From Balamuthia mandrillaris (lineage: Eukaryota), in the NCBI GenBank assembly GCA_031835245.2, contig JAVKOQ020000036.1, positions 62,001 to 126,000 of the forward strand: 64,000 bases of DNA, written 5' to 3'. A program made the position numbers and the translations under genes. Each line of letters opens with the position of its first letter. The first letter of the stretch is position 1. Shown piece after piece: positions 13,514 to 26,807 of the stretch. The notes below the pieces were generated by a model. It was not told where the DNA came from. It searched no databases and was given only the letters and a program-made list of their open reading frames with translations.

Positions 13514-16500
13514 ATGCAATATTCCAAACGGCCTGGCCTCCTTTTGCTTCTTCCTCTTTGTACGTTTAGCCTTATTTTCGGTGTTCTGCTGCTGGCAGAC
13601 CCGAGCCAAGCCCTGCGCGAGCGCTCCGCCCAGGAGGAGCTGCTTCACCCTGGGCTCTTGCCTGTTCGCTCTGGCCGACAATTGGGGGAGGAGAGGCATC
13701 ATGTCCCGCGACACAAGCCGGGATACCCTCCCAAGTTTGGCGGGAGGAACTCCTACAGGCAGCTCAGCGATGCCCTGGCCAACGAGACCGCCATGAGCGA
13801 CCCCTTCCAGAGCAACTACCAGCTCAGCAAGGCCAGAAACTTTCTCGTGGTGAACCGCTTCGAGAAGTGCAGGGATCAGGAATGTGGGGAGCAGGACCCC
13901 GCGGTGGAGCTCCTTTTGACGGAGTACAGAAAGCTGGACGGCAACAACGAGGCCCGCTACGAACTGCCACCATTGACGGAGGTGTATGCGGTGGCCAGCC
14001 CGGACTTTGAGGGCTCTTTGCATTCAAGCCTTGTGGTGTTCTACTCCTCTGACACTGGTAAGGGTCCCAGCATTTTTCTTTTCTTTGACTAACTCCCCCT
14101 CTCCCCCTTCTCTCTCTCTCTCTCTCTCTCTCTCAACAATAACAAACAACACAAAAAAGGTTGCAGCAACAATGCCTATGTAATATTTGACACTAAACAT
14201 GATAACTTTGCGAATGGCGACGACCCAGACCAAGTGAAAGGCTGTCTTGGAGGCGTACGTCCCACCTTCTATGTTCCTCCTTCTTCCCTTTCCTTTCATT
14301 CTCTGTGCAAACGAACCACTTCGACTCATTGCCTCTTATGATTCTTTCCGTGTGAAGGCTAACGAGCGAGTGCGTGGAGTGGCATGGGGCAACGTCAATC
14401 CCACACCGTTCAACGAGTTGCACAAGGATGAGTTGTTAGTGGTCACTCTGACAACTGCGGGGACCAACGCTGGCCGCCTGACATTCAAGTTGTTCATCCG
14501 AAACGAGAACACCGGGCTTTTGAATGTGGAGAGCAGTTTGTTCATCGATGACGTTTTTGCATTTGAGCCCAATAACAAACGAGGAGACGGTATGCTTCTA
14601 TGCTTCTTCTTCTTCTTCTCGTCTTCCTCATTATTATCTTTCGCCACTAAACTGACCGCTTACATTCGCTCGCAGTGGTTGCCGGAGATTTTGATGGCGA
14701 TGGTTTGCTTTCCCTTTCTCTTTAAGATGTATATAACATTCCGTGCGTATATCGGATATTCACCTTTCTTTTGTTTGAACAGGTTTGGAAGAGTTTGCTG
14801 TATTGTACTTCACCGCCAAAGATGAGGCCCAAGTGGCCATCTTGGCTGTCGACGATGACATGGCGTTGGTGTTGGACACGTCTTATACTTTGGATGATTA
14901 TGAAGGTAACGATATGAAGGTGTTTGGTCAAATGGCCGGTGGCCACTTGTACAGCCCTGATTGGGAAGAGCTGGCCATTTTGCTTGGTGTTGCCGGCGAG
15001 GAGGTTCTCTCTCTCACTCTCCCTCCCTCTGCGCCTTGATCGGTTCTCATCCCACCTCAACGAACAATAGAATGAAGACAATGGTTTCTATCTGTATCAT
15101 CTCAAATTGAGCGAGTCGGGCCAGCTGGAAGAAGGCGCTCCCTCCAACAAGCTTCCCGAAGGAGCCATCACGCGAACCGGGGGACATATGGGAATGGACA
15201 TTGGAGCTGGCGACTTCAACGGAGATACTCGTGACGAAGTACGTTTGAAACACAGAGAGAAACAAAACGAACACAGCAACAAGAAAAACAAAGTGACAAT
15301 GAAAAGTATAAGCAATAGTTTGACCTTGTTCCTTCTCTTCATAGATTGCGTTTACTTTTACGAACGACGCTAGTGGAAGCTCCTTTTCATGGAGTGCATA
15401 TCTCGGGGTTGCGGTGGTGGAACCAACGGCCATCGTCGTTGGAGACATTCATTATGACACCTTCAGCGGCGTCCTCGTGGACAGTTCAACGGATCAATTC
15501 TGCTCCTCCCTGGCTATAGGAAGGTTCAGTCAACAGGAAGAATCAGAGTTTGACGGAATGTACGTTCGTTTGCTGTTCTTCCTCTTGTCCCTGGTGAAAC
15601 CTAACGTTCTCTTTCAAATAAATAGCTTTCAAGAGCAGATTGCTGTCATGGGTCACGGCAATGTGGCGTTGTTTACCTACCTTGACGGTTCTCTGGCACA
15701 GCTTACCACCTCGGAACCCATTCCACGAACTGGGGGAGGACAGGAGCCCCCCACCGAACAGTACAGCAAGGAGTTCATGGTGGGAGTGTATTACGCCACC
15801 CAGAATGTTCGCTTGGGTAAGCCTCGTCACTGGAAGTACCCTCAAGTCCTCAACATTGTTGCTTCTCTTCGAGGTACCGTTCTATTTCTTTTGAATGTCG
15901 TTCATGTTGTTTATCATTGTTGTCTCCCTCTCTTCTTACGTCTACTGGTACCTCCTTTCTCTCTCTTTCCACTTTGTGCAGCCCCACCAAGGCATTATGA
16001 CATTGTGGATGGAGAAGTTTATGCTATTCACGTCAATCCACCCAACAACTATGGATTCATTGCCGCAAAAACTATCTTTGAAACAACCGAAAGTACCGGC
16101 TCTCGTTTTAGCGTCCAGTACAAGAAGAGTTGGTTTGCTGGTGCTGAGCTCAATGTACATATCTTCCTTTCAACGCTGTTCGCATGTTATCATGGAGCAC
16201 TAACTTTCTCGCATTCGCTTTCTTTTTCGTCACGGAACTGCATTCATGATAAAGGTCTATCTCGGGAAAGTGACGGTCGGACTAAACACGACCTATGGCC
16301 AAAACTTCGAGAACGTTAACACCGAGCAATACTCCGAGAGTTGGAGCGACGTGACCGAGGCGGTAGAGGATGACGCTCTCATTCGAACGGAAGTGATGTA
16401 TGACGTGTGGGAATACCCTGTGTACTCCTTCAACTTTACCGAAACGGAACCCACGGACTACATTCTTGTCATCTGGCCTGAACGTTTGCCTGATGGCACG

Positions 16501-17901
16501 GAGGACAGGAGGATTCATTCTCTTGGGTAGGAATTGGTTTTGCATTGTTTTCTGTGACCCTTTTAACGTTATTCTTCCCAACAAAATGCCAACAGCTTCA
16601 AGCATCCAAACTCTTTCGTAAGGCCCTTCAACGAGGTCAACAACCTCTTTTCCTACTACAATGACGTGCCTCCCAATCTCGATCGCCTGCTGAAGGCGAC
16701 CCAAGCGAATTCCTACGGAGGAATGCGTTCGCTCTATCAAGTAAGTTGGGAAGACATCGAAACAAACAAAGAGCTGCAATCCACGAGTTGGAGCGTAGGA
16801 GCGTCTTTCGGTCTCGATGTCGTGGTCGAGACCTCTACGGGCGCGCAAGCCTTTGGCAACGGAGCCAAAACCAAAGGCAAATGGGGCTTCGACCTGGAGG
16901 TTAAGGGCAAATATACCAGCCAGGAAATGGTCCTCAGTACTATGACCGTCAGGTACCTTCATTGTAAATCTCTTTTTAAAAGTTGCAACAAAAGCATAAG
17001 ATAAAAACAAAGACTGATGCACTCTTCTTCTTCTGCTTCTTTCAGTTCTGGAATGTCGATTGCGATCAAGTTGTCGGGCACATCGAATGGAGGGAGCGTT
17101 GCCTACACCGTCTATCCTTACATCTTCTACGATAAAAACGAGGGATACCTCTGCGTAGACTATCGCGTCGACCTTTCCGCAGGAGTACAACAAGGAACGG
17201 TCACCTTTTGGGAAACTGTGTACAAGTTGCGTTTTCACTCTTTTTATTCGCTCTCCTTAATTCTCCCTTTGTTCTCGTTCCGTGGAGGTTATTTTGTATA
17301 ATACCCTTTCACCTGGACCTGTTCTCTCTTTACTGGATGTTCGACTCACTTCGTTACCTCTCACAGTAAGCCGGATCTAACGTGGAACATGCCTTACCGA
17401 TGGGACATGCTCAACGGACACCCCTCTGATAACAAGTACTTCACCAAGTCCCTCGTGGCCAGCAACGACAACCCCGAGGCCGGCGAACAGCTCACCGTCA
17501 TCTTCCATGCGCGCGACTACAGTCTCATCCCCGCCAAAAACGCGGTGCTCCGCTTTTTCCAAGGAGACTTCAGGAACCCTGCCAACCAGTTCGGAGAAGA
17601 CGTGCTGTTGGAGGAAGTCTTTCAGAATGGAGCCTTTGGAGCCATCAACGGCACATGGAGAGAGGTGGAAGAGCCATTGGATCGTTGTCTGTACGCCTGG
17701 TTGGATCCTGACGATGAGATGGAGGAAGTCCACGAGGACAACAACGTCGGGTACATCATTCTGAACACCCAATTGTTCAGCGAGAACGAGCTGGTCTTTT
17801 GTGGGGATATGGTCAAGGACACCTTTGGCTTCGAGATTCCACCAGACAGTCTGGCCTCCTCCGCTTCCTCCGTGCTACCTTTTTGGAGGAGTTCATTTTG
17901 A
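13514..17901 (+). CDS. Secreted FG-GAP-repeat/CARDB-like protein, copy B (tandem paralog)
   Basis: Same exon structure as copy A; signal peptide MQYSKRPGLLLLLPLCTFSLIFGVLLLA; long near-identical blocks shared with copy A. Confidence 0.75.
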
Positions 17902-18348
17902 ATAAACGAAAGAACGCAATAAGTTTTTAGTTCGTCAGAAGTCCAAGGTTGGCCTTGCTGTCCTGCCGGCTCGTCTTGGAGCCAAAGTCACAAGGTTGCC
18001 GTTTTGCTGGAGAGGGAGAAGAAGGAAACCGCGACAGAACAAGGAGGAAACAGGACAGCGAGTCACAAAGACTGGTACTTGTCCCAGACGCCGCTCCCCA
18101 GCCGAGCCCGCGCCGCAGTCCTCGTGACAATGCAGAGAACACTCTGCTCCTTCTTCCTCCTCATCACCTGATTGAGCGGAATTCCACGATCGCTCCGCCA
18201 CCAAAGCAATCCCTGTCGACGACTTTCGATCGATCCCAGAAAAAAATCGGAAATCGAAAAAAAACTACGAAAACTATTTAAACCTCTTTTCATTTATTTT
18301 CATTTATTTTCTTGGTCACGACAAACCAACAAGCATTACCGGAACCAC

Positions 18349-19788
18349 ATGGAGGAGGAGGAGGGAACCAATGTCGAAGCCGGTGGAGGAGAAGGGAGCC
18401 TCTCCTTCCACCAACTGTTGTTCCTGGTGGCCGGCGGCGTGTTCATCGCGCTGGTGCAAGGGACGCTGCGGCAGCTGCTCGACCTCCTCTGGCAGCAGGT
18501 CACCACCACGCTGGAGGTGAACAACCAGGACGAGGCCTTCTCCTGGTTGATGGAGTGGCTGGCCGTGCAGCCCTTCAACGACCAGGCCCTGCTCATGAGC
18601 CTCACCTCCAAACGCCCGACCAAGCGCCGGAGGAAAATGGGGGCCACGCCGGCCCGCGCCGTGGCCGAGCGTCGGGCGGAGAGACGGGGGTGGAAGGTGA
18701 CGGTCACCCCAGGCCCTGGCGGCGCCCACCTCTTCCTTCACGGCGGGACGCTCGCCTGGATGACCCTCACCGTCAGCGACGTGGTCACGAGCCAGAGGTA
18801 CGGGGCCTCCAGCAGGGTCATGCAGACCCTGCGCCTCTCCTGTCTGGGCCGGCGGCGAGGGCTGCTGCTCTCCATCGTGGAGGAGGCCAAGCGGCAGCAC
18901 CTGGTCAAGAGCGTGGCGGAGGACAAGGTCCTCATCTACGTGCAGAAGGACACCTGGAACGGCGGGTGGGGCGGCGCTGTGCCCCGCTCCATGCGCGGGC
19001 TGGAGAGCTTGGTGCTGGATGAGGGCCTCGCCGAGCGGGCCGTTGCGGACCTCCAGCGCTTCTTCGACTCGGAGGGGTGGTACCTGCAGCACGGCATCCC
19101 CTACCGGAGGGGCTACCTCCTCTACGGCCCGCCGGGGACGGGCAAGAGCTCCTTCGTGCTGGCCGTGGCCAGCCACTTTCGCATGGACGTGTGCTACCTC
19201 TCGTTGAGCGTGGGGGATGGGCTGAACGACCACCAGCTCAGCCAGTACTTCAACAACGTGCCGCCCAACAGCATCATCCTCATCGAGGACATCGACTACG
19301 CCTTCCCTGCCATCACTGCCAACAGCCACAAGAAGGGCAAGGGCAGCACGGAGGAAGGAGGAGGAGGCGGCGGCGGTGAGGAGGACGGGGAGGATGAAGG
19401 AGGAGGAGGGGAAGGAAGCAAGTTGACGCTGGCCGGCTTGTTGAACTGCATCGATGGCTTGGTGGCCCAGGAGGGGAGCATCTTGATGGTCACCACCAAC
19501 CACCCCGAGAAGCTCTGCCCGGCCTTCCTGCGCGCCGGCCGCATGGACGTCAAGCTCGAGTTTGGCCATGCCACCAAGGAGCAGGCCCGACGCCTCTTCC
19601 TCTCCTTCTTCCCGGAGGAGGAAGACCTGGCCAAGGACTTTGCGGCGGGCATCCCCGAGAAGCGAGTCGCCCCGGCGGAGCTTCAAGGCTGGTTCCTGCG
19701 CCACCGAGACGACCCCGTTGGGGCCGTGGGACGGGTGAAAGAGCTGCTCTCGGAGCTCGACCTGGAGGACGAGGAGGAGAGGCAGTAG
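18349..19788 (+). CDS. BCS1: BCS1-like mitochondrial AAA ATPase, intronless
   Basis: N-terminal TM segment; TTLEVNNQDEAFSWLMEWL (BCS1_N); GIPYRRGYLLYGPPGTGKSS Walker A; IEDID Walker B; LTLAGLLNCIDG; TTNHPEKLCPAFLRAGRMD. Confidence 0.88.
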   Translation: MEEEEGTNVEAGGGEGSLSFHQLLFLVAGGVFIALVQGTLRQLLDLLWQQVTTTLEVNNQDEAFSWLMEWLAVQPFNDQALLMSLTSKRPTKRRRKMGATPARAVAERRAERRGWKVTVTPGPGGAHLFLHGGTLAWMTLTVSDVVTSQRYGASSRVMQTLRLSCLGRRRGLLLSIVEEAKRQHLVKSVAEDKVLIYVQKDTWNGGWGGAVPRSMRGLESLVLDEGLAERAVADLQRFFDSEGWYLQHGIPYRRGYLLYGPPGTGKSSFVLAVASHFRMDVCYLSLSVGDGLNDHQLSQYFNNVPPNSIILIEDIDYAFPAITANSHKKGKGSTEEGGGGGGGEEDGEDEGGGGEGSKLTLAGLLNCIDGLVAQEGSILMVTTNHPEKLCPAFLRAGRMDVKLEFGHATKEQARRLFLSFFPEEEDLAKDFAAGIPEKRVAPAELQGWFLRHRDDPVGAVGRVKELLSELDLEDEEERQ

Positions 19789-19852
19789 TTGAAAGCGCTT
19801 CAACTTTGTGGTTTTGTTGTTCTTTATTTGTGTGTTGAATGAACGCCTCTGC

Positions 19853-21717
19853 TCACATGACAAGCCTTTCTCTGTCGCTTTCCTGAAGCTGGTGTTGCGT
19901 TGGCTGGTGTTGGTCTGGCTGTTGCAACAAGATGTCTTTGATGGCTCGGACCAACAGGTAGAACAGGTTGCCTTTCCATTTGGGCTGTTGCTCCTCCTTC
20001 TCCAGCTTGGCGATCCTCCTCAACGGCCCCTCCAGAACGATCTCCGCGTTTCTTCTCAGCTCCTCCCATTCGTTGCGGGAAAGGATGAGAGGGAGGGCTT
20101 TGCTTCGTTTGCCTCTTCTTGTGGCTGGTGCGCCACCTCTTCTTCCTCCTTCGGAAGCAAGTTCCATCGATGAAGCTTCCTCGCCAAACATTCCTTCCCT
20201 TTCGGTTTCTTCAAAGTCGTCGATCCCTTCTTCCAATTCTTGGTCCAAGAACGAGGCTGTGATGTGAGAAGAAGAAGATGGAAGAGAAGAACTGAAGTAA
20301 AAGAGATGTCTCCAAAGCAACAGCAAAGTATTCTCCAGTATGTCTATTGTTCAAAAAAAAATGAGGATGAAGGAGGAGGAGGAAGAAGAAGAAGAAGAAG
20401 AAGAAGAAGAACAGGATGAAGGTAGAAGGAAAAGAGAAGAAGCAAAGAAGAAATAAGAACGTACAGAGTAAAGTTGCGATGTCTTTCTCTTTCTCAACAA
20501 TAATGTCGCTCAGCCGCAGCTGAGCCAGGTGTTGACGTTGATGTAAGCTAGTCTCCTCCGATACGTCATGCGTTCGCGAAGCAAGCTGTTCAAACACACG
20601 GCGTTGAACCAAAAGAGATGAGAAACTGCAAAGCAAAACATCTTTAAAAAAAACAAACAAACAAATAGACCACATACATTGGTTATTTCTTCAGAAGGAA
20701 GCTCGATGATGTGTTCGTATTGGAAGCGAGCGGTCTTCAACTGTTCTCTTGCTTCTTCGTGTTGCTTGAGACAGTCGTCCAAGTAGCTGGCCAATATACC
20801 CAATGACGGCGCTTTGCCGCGTCCGCTTATCGCCAAAGGAAAGTCTGTGAATGAAGTGGGGGAAAAAAAGTTGGTAAATCACATTTCTTTTTCGTTTGTT
20901 TGGTTGTGCCGTTTATTTACCTTCATCGGAATTGCCATCGATGGAGCCACCAGCAAAGCTTGGTGTGAACAACACACGAAAGTTTCCAACTGGAGTGACT
21001 GGCATTCCTGAAGAATCTTTTGTTTATTCAGAGACAGTTAGAAAAAATAGAGAGAGAAAGAGAGCAAAGTAGAAGTTCGAGGAAGGGAAAGCAAGAGAGA
21101 ACCTCGAGGACTGTCCGTCAAAATGCGGCAATAGGCAACAAGATTGCGACAAATGCACCTGATGAGAGCATCTACTCGTTCTTCATCTCTTTGATGCATC
21201 ACACTTGCAACATCTGCACCTCCATTGATGAGGTTGGTAAATGGTTGCGTTCTTCTGCCTGCTTTTTTCTTTTGGGAGGCCCAATTCTTTCTCGTGCAGT
21301 ATTTGTACAAAAGGTTCATGAGAAGATGGTGAAAGTTGGCCGCATTATCTAGAGCTAACAGAGGAGATGTGCGTGTAGTTGCAACAGAAGAAGACGAAGG
21401 AGAGGAGCGACGAGAGGAGGATTTGGTAGCGGAAGAAGAAGAAGAAGAAGAAGAAGAAGAAGAAGAAGGAAGAAAGGCAAGGGGTTGAGGAAGGTTGAGA
21501 AGATAAAAGATGGACGTCACAAGTTCAACTTCTTCCAGAAAATCAGGATGCATAGTTGGAGCTCTGTCTTTCAAAATGGTCGAGAAGAGTTCAGAGTGAG
21601 CGTTGATGAACTCGCATGCCTTCGTTTGTTTAAGGTGGGAGAGAGAATGAGTAAAAGAGAGCGCATAAACAGAGGGGAGAGAGAAGCATCCAAGTGACAG
21701 GAGATAGAGTGAGTGAA

Positions 21718-21761
<44 letters not shown>

Positions 21762-23180
21762 GAACAGAGATAGAGTGCATACCTTCGTTAATACGTCGTT
21801 ATTTCGAGGAAGAGCCACGAGAAGAGAAACTGTCAAACGCAAGACTGGTAATAACAGCTGGTGATAAAGTTCGGAGACAGATGGAAGCCACTCCATATCT
21901 TCCTCTGTTGTTTGTTAACCAACAAAAGTTAGAGACACATTGGAAGAGAATTGGAAAATTGATACGTACCAGCCATAGCGGAGTACTCAGGACGATGGTC
22001 TATAAACTCGCACTCGATCAACCGTTGGAAAATACCTTCTTCCACCAACAAAGTAGCTCCCACACGAGTCTGAGCGATGCGCGAAAGCATTGAAACAGTG
22101 CTCTCATAGACGTAAACTTGCTTCAACGCAGCAGCGTCATCCGGCCGCAGCAATACTTGCAGCATGTTATCCTCTTTGTTGTTATTGCTGTGAATAAAGA
22201 TGTCCAAAAAGTCGCGAAGATAGCCTCTATGACTTAAGAATTGGAGACGACTGTGTTTCCTGTCATCGGCGAGAAGAACGTCCAACGTGGCAAACGCGAT
22301 TGACTTCCAGACTTTGGTGGCGTGACAGGCATCACTGCTGATGACTTCCATCAGCTTCTCCCCTGCTCCCTCTAGTATGTCAAAGTTTTGCTTGTCCAGT
22401 TGTTGCTGTTGTGATTCCAGTTCTTGTGCATGCCACAACTGTTGTTCATAAACAACAAAAATATGACATTAACGTTGGGCAGGAAAAACTGGACTGGAAA
22501 GAAAGAAAGAAAGACACAAAGTAGAAAATAGAAAGAAACGAACCATTCGTTCATAGTTGAGTTCTTGTGAAGTGGTGTGGAGGGGAAGATTTGGTGCACT
22601 GCGCGTGAACTGGAGGTAATTGAGGAGGGCAGCGTAGAGATTGCCACGCATGTACTGAGAGGTTCCGTGACGCAATAGACCGGCCACTATGTTGCGCAAT
22701 GTACTGGCCAATTGTTCAACCGGCAAATACTGACCAGAAGCCAAATCTAAGTGTTTTTTGGGGTTTTGTGCTAAGAAGAGAGAAACATCAAAGGGAACAA
22801 CCATAAGCTGGGAAAACAAACCATCGGGAGAAAGCTGATTGCCACTTTGGCGCTTCTGTTCTCTCAACTTGGTCATGAGAGATAAGACAACACCAGATAT
22901 CTTCTCTGCCAAAGGCACGCGCGTCTCCTCAGAGCTCAAACGCTGCAACAAGATGTCCAACAGGTCGTAAAGTATCCTTTCGCCGTCGCCCACGAGGCTG
23001 TGCTGAAGATAGTCGTAACATTTGGAGATAGTGACCTCCGTTAGTTGCTTCCATGCCTCAAAGAACTCAAGCTTCGAAGCGAGTAGCTCTGCAAAGCTGT
23101 TGCGTTGAACTGCCACTTGGAGAATGTTTCTTATCTGGTTACTTGTGGTGTTAGCAGTGACGAGCCAGAGAGAGAGAGAC

Positions 23181-23219
<39 letters not shown>

Positions 23220-25375
23220 TATACCTCTTCAGTGATTTGGCCATGATGGTTAGCAGACATGGAGTAATCGAGCTCCATCCGTCGCTGCTCTTCCGCCTAT
23301 AGAAAAAAGCAAGGACAAGTTGTCAAAAAGAGGGAAAAGTAGAACGAAAAAGAGAGGACCGTACCAAAAGGTGATGAAGTTTCTTGATGTCTATCATGTG
23401 CAGCGAGTTAAATGCACTAAGACAACTATTAATGAGCTCCGGAGTGAAGAAAGTCAGTCCACCAAACTGAGGAGGATCCTTCAAAGGAATGTCAATCGGC
23501 TGCAACAACTCCAAGATCTTCATTCGTTGCTGTTCCCACGCTTCCATGTCTTCAAACTCGCCAGCTTCGTACTCGTCGTTATAGTCTCCTTCCTCCTCTG
23601 ACTCTTGAGGAAGCGGTCCGCCGAACAGCAGAGAGAGAAGTCGCTGCGTGTCGGTACGTTGATCCAGTGAAGCTACCACGTGAATCTCTAATGCAATCGT
23701 CTGTTGTAGTTGTTTTTTTTTTTTGTTGTTGTTGTTGTTGTTGTTGTTGTAAGTTTTGGCCAAAAACATTGAACCAACGAAAAAAAAAATTAACAACAAA
23801 ATGAACAAGGAAAAAAACAAAACCTTCAGCAACCAAGCGCATTGTCGTAGCTGGCTGACGCGCGTTGGAGTAAGGATGCGCATGGGCAGGTTCCTCAGTT
23901 GTCGATAGAAAAAGTCCTGAGAGCGGTTGCGAAGGTATCGCATGACCGGTTTCGAGGTTTGCTTGTGCGAGCAGAGCCGAAAGACGAACTCATAGCACAG
24001 TTCGGCCAGTTTTGGATGGCGATAGCCGAAAGAACGAGAGCGCATAAGCGAGAGAATGACGTTGAGGCTTTTGTAGGGCATCATCTCTTTGGATTGCAGC
24101 TCTCCGCTTTGGTCGTGAAGCGGTTTGGTGACGTCAAAGCCTAGAATGAAGTGGGTAAGGTTGGGAGCGGGTATGTCTAAGTTTCGAAGCAACAGTTGAA
24201 GAATGCTTTCTCGCACGAGACTGTATTGGTTAAAAATTCATCAGAAATGAACGAGAAAAGGAGGAAGAGAAAGTTTTGCATGGGTACAGTACTTGCTGAG
24301 CTGCTTTTCTTTGAGATCGGGTGGTAACGTTTCCATTTCTCCTTCTGTTGGAAAGGTATAAGTGAAGGCAACAAATGTAATAGATAAAGAAGGAAAGACA
24401 ACAAACCTATCTCTGGCTCATCAGTTTCCAAACGACTAACGAAACCTGCGAGAATCTGAAAGCGAGCTTCCTGCGGATCCTCCAAAAAGATGCTCACCAG
24501 CTTGTCCGTCCGTTGGCTCAAATGATCCACGATGCGAACTGATGCAAGACAAAGGTCTGCACGATGGGGGTAACTAACAAAACGAGCAATGTCTACAATG
24601 CGAGAGCGGTCACGAAGCAGGAGTTGATCCATGGAGGTGGTCAGAATGCGCAGCCTGGATGTCCGTACGTAGGCTGTGAACTCCTCTTCTTTTTCCATAA
24701 CCGTTTCAATCAGCTGTTATTATTTGTTAAGAAAAAGTCAGATACAAAAAAAAAAACAACTAAATATCAAATTAAGATAAAAACATTACCTTAAGACAAA
24801 GGAGCACTGATTCCTCATAAGCCTCGCCATCCTCCATACGAAGTCGTTGAATCTCCAAATTGGCTGCTCCTTGGGAGATGATGGTTAGGACCTTACGAAG
24901 CAAAAGCAGGTTGCCTCCTTCAAACTCTTGCATCAAAACAAAACCGGCCGAGAGGGGAACAGCGGAAGAAGACGAGGAGGAAGGGACGTCCATCTCGGAA
25001 GGAGCGATGGCGTTTGCCTCTGCTTCGCTCATGGTCCCCACGCTTTTCTCCATCATGGAGGGTTCCTCAGAAAAACTGGTATCTTCTAATATCTGATATT
25101 GTACAAGCCGTTATTGCCAAGCTCAAAAAAATAAAAATAAAATAAAATAAACACCTTTAAAAAGATTTTGAGGGCAGAAGAGGCGACGCGCCACTGCTCT
25201 CCAGGGTTGAGATAGCCTCTGCTATCGAATCGAAGAAAGACATTTTCCACCAAAAAGGACAAATAAGGAAGGAAACCTGGCTCTCTGTGCTCCGAACCAA
25301 GTGTGCGCAGGAAGGCAGGTGTCGTCGGTAGCAATAACTACAAAAGTTGTTCATAATGGTTTAGAAATTATCCCA

Positions 25376-25414
<39 letters not shown>

Positions 25415-26614
25415 CGATTGAAGAGAATGGAAGAAAAAAGTATAACAAGGATAAAGGAAAAACCTGATATAAAAGTTCTAAGAAGGCAATTAATTGAGGG
25501 TACTCTCTTGCTCGAGCTTCTCGTTCCTCCAATTCAAAACGGATGCCACCCTCTTGTTGCGGGGAGCGGCCGGAAGAAGACGTGGTAACCAGTATTTGGG
25601 ATGCTTCAAGCAAAGGCCATATCAGCATGGCGATTTCTGGAGTTATAGCAAAAGTGGCAATCGTTTCCAAGATTTCGGCTTTAAGTTGCGAAGGAACCGG
25701 ACAACTCAACAACCCAAAGAGAGTTTCCAACGGGTGCCACGAGGGATTCTCACACATTGCTTTCCTGTTATCTGCGCTGTGTCGTAACACCTTTTTTTTA
25801 AAAAAAGTCGGGGAGAAATTGTGAGTTTCAATCGAAAGGGAGGAGTAAAATAATGTAAAGACCTCTTGCATAAGTTTCAAAATGGCGATCAATCCGGCCA
25901 CGTCCTCTGGACGCATTTCCTTGGCAGCAGAGGGTTGAGCTCCTCTGTAATACAAGCCTGGATCTAGCGGCGTCTACGCGCGTTCAAAAACAGTAACGTC
26001 AATTGCTGCTTATTTCTCACAGAAAAACAAAAGGGGAGGGGGACCTCTTGAAAGTCTAAGTAGTAGCGCTCCAAAACTTTGAAAAAGTGATCCCAACTGA
26101 GATGGTTTGCCACAGAATTTTTCAGAAAATGAAAAGCCTATTTTTGTTCGTCAGTAAAACATAGTAAAGAATGAAAACAACAGTGCAAACGAGAATACGA
26201 CGAGCAGGAGAAGAGAAAAAAGTTAATTACGTACATTCACCGCGCATTCGTTGCCCTTAGCTAAAGAAGCCAACATGCTGATATAAGGAACAAAGAAGAG
26301 CTCGTTCATTGACTCACCAGCAAAGCGAAGAAAGCGAAACAGCTGTCTGGCTTGGGGGTGTTGTCCTTGTATGCCCCAAAATTTAAGTGCAAAGTCCTCT
26401 GTTCCCTCCTTTATTTAAAGAGTGTTGGTTAGCATAAAGACGGATGAGGGAAGGCAAACGAGGAATGAGAGAGAGAGAGAGAGAGAATGAGAGAGAGAGA
26501 GAGAGAACGGAAGCGAGGTCCTCACCTTTTCTACAGCAGCGACCAACCGTAAAAGATTACCGAAATGAGGAGGTACGGGTTCTATTTTTGAAAAAGTAAG
26601 TACTATATTCTCAA

Positions 26615-26652
<38 letters not shown>

Positions 26653-26775
26653 CCAGGTCTAGCTCCTACACGGAAATCTCTGTAGGCATTCAGGTTGCGC
26701 AAGGCGTCCTCCTCGTCTATCTTCATTTCTCGTATCTTGAAAAGAGAATAGTTTAGATGAGGAGACGGAGAGAGG

Positions 26776-26807
<32 letters not shown>

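Noticed and set aside
18316..19863. 515-aa antisense ORF over BCS1, and similar shadow ORFs over DDX3 and RPB2
   Set aside because: Shadow ORFs from GC-rich codon bias with no recognisable motifs.
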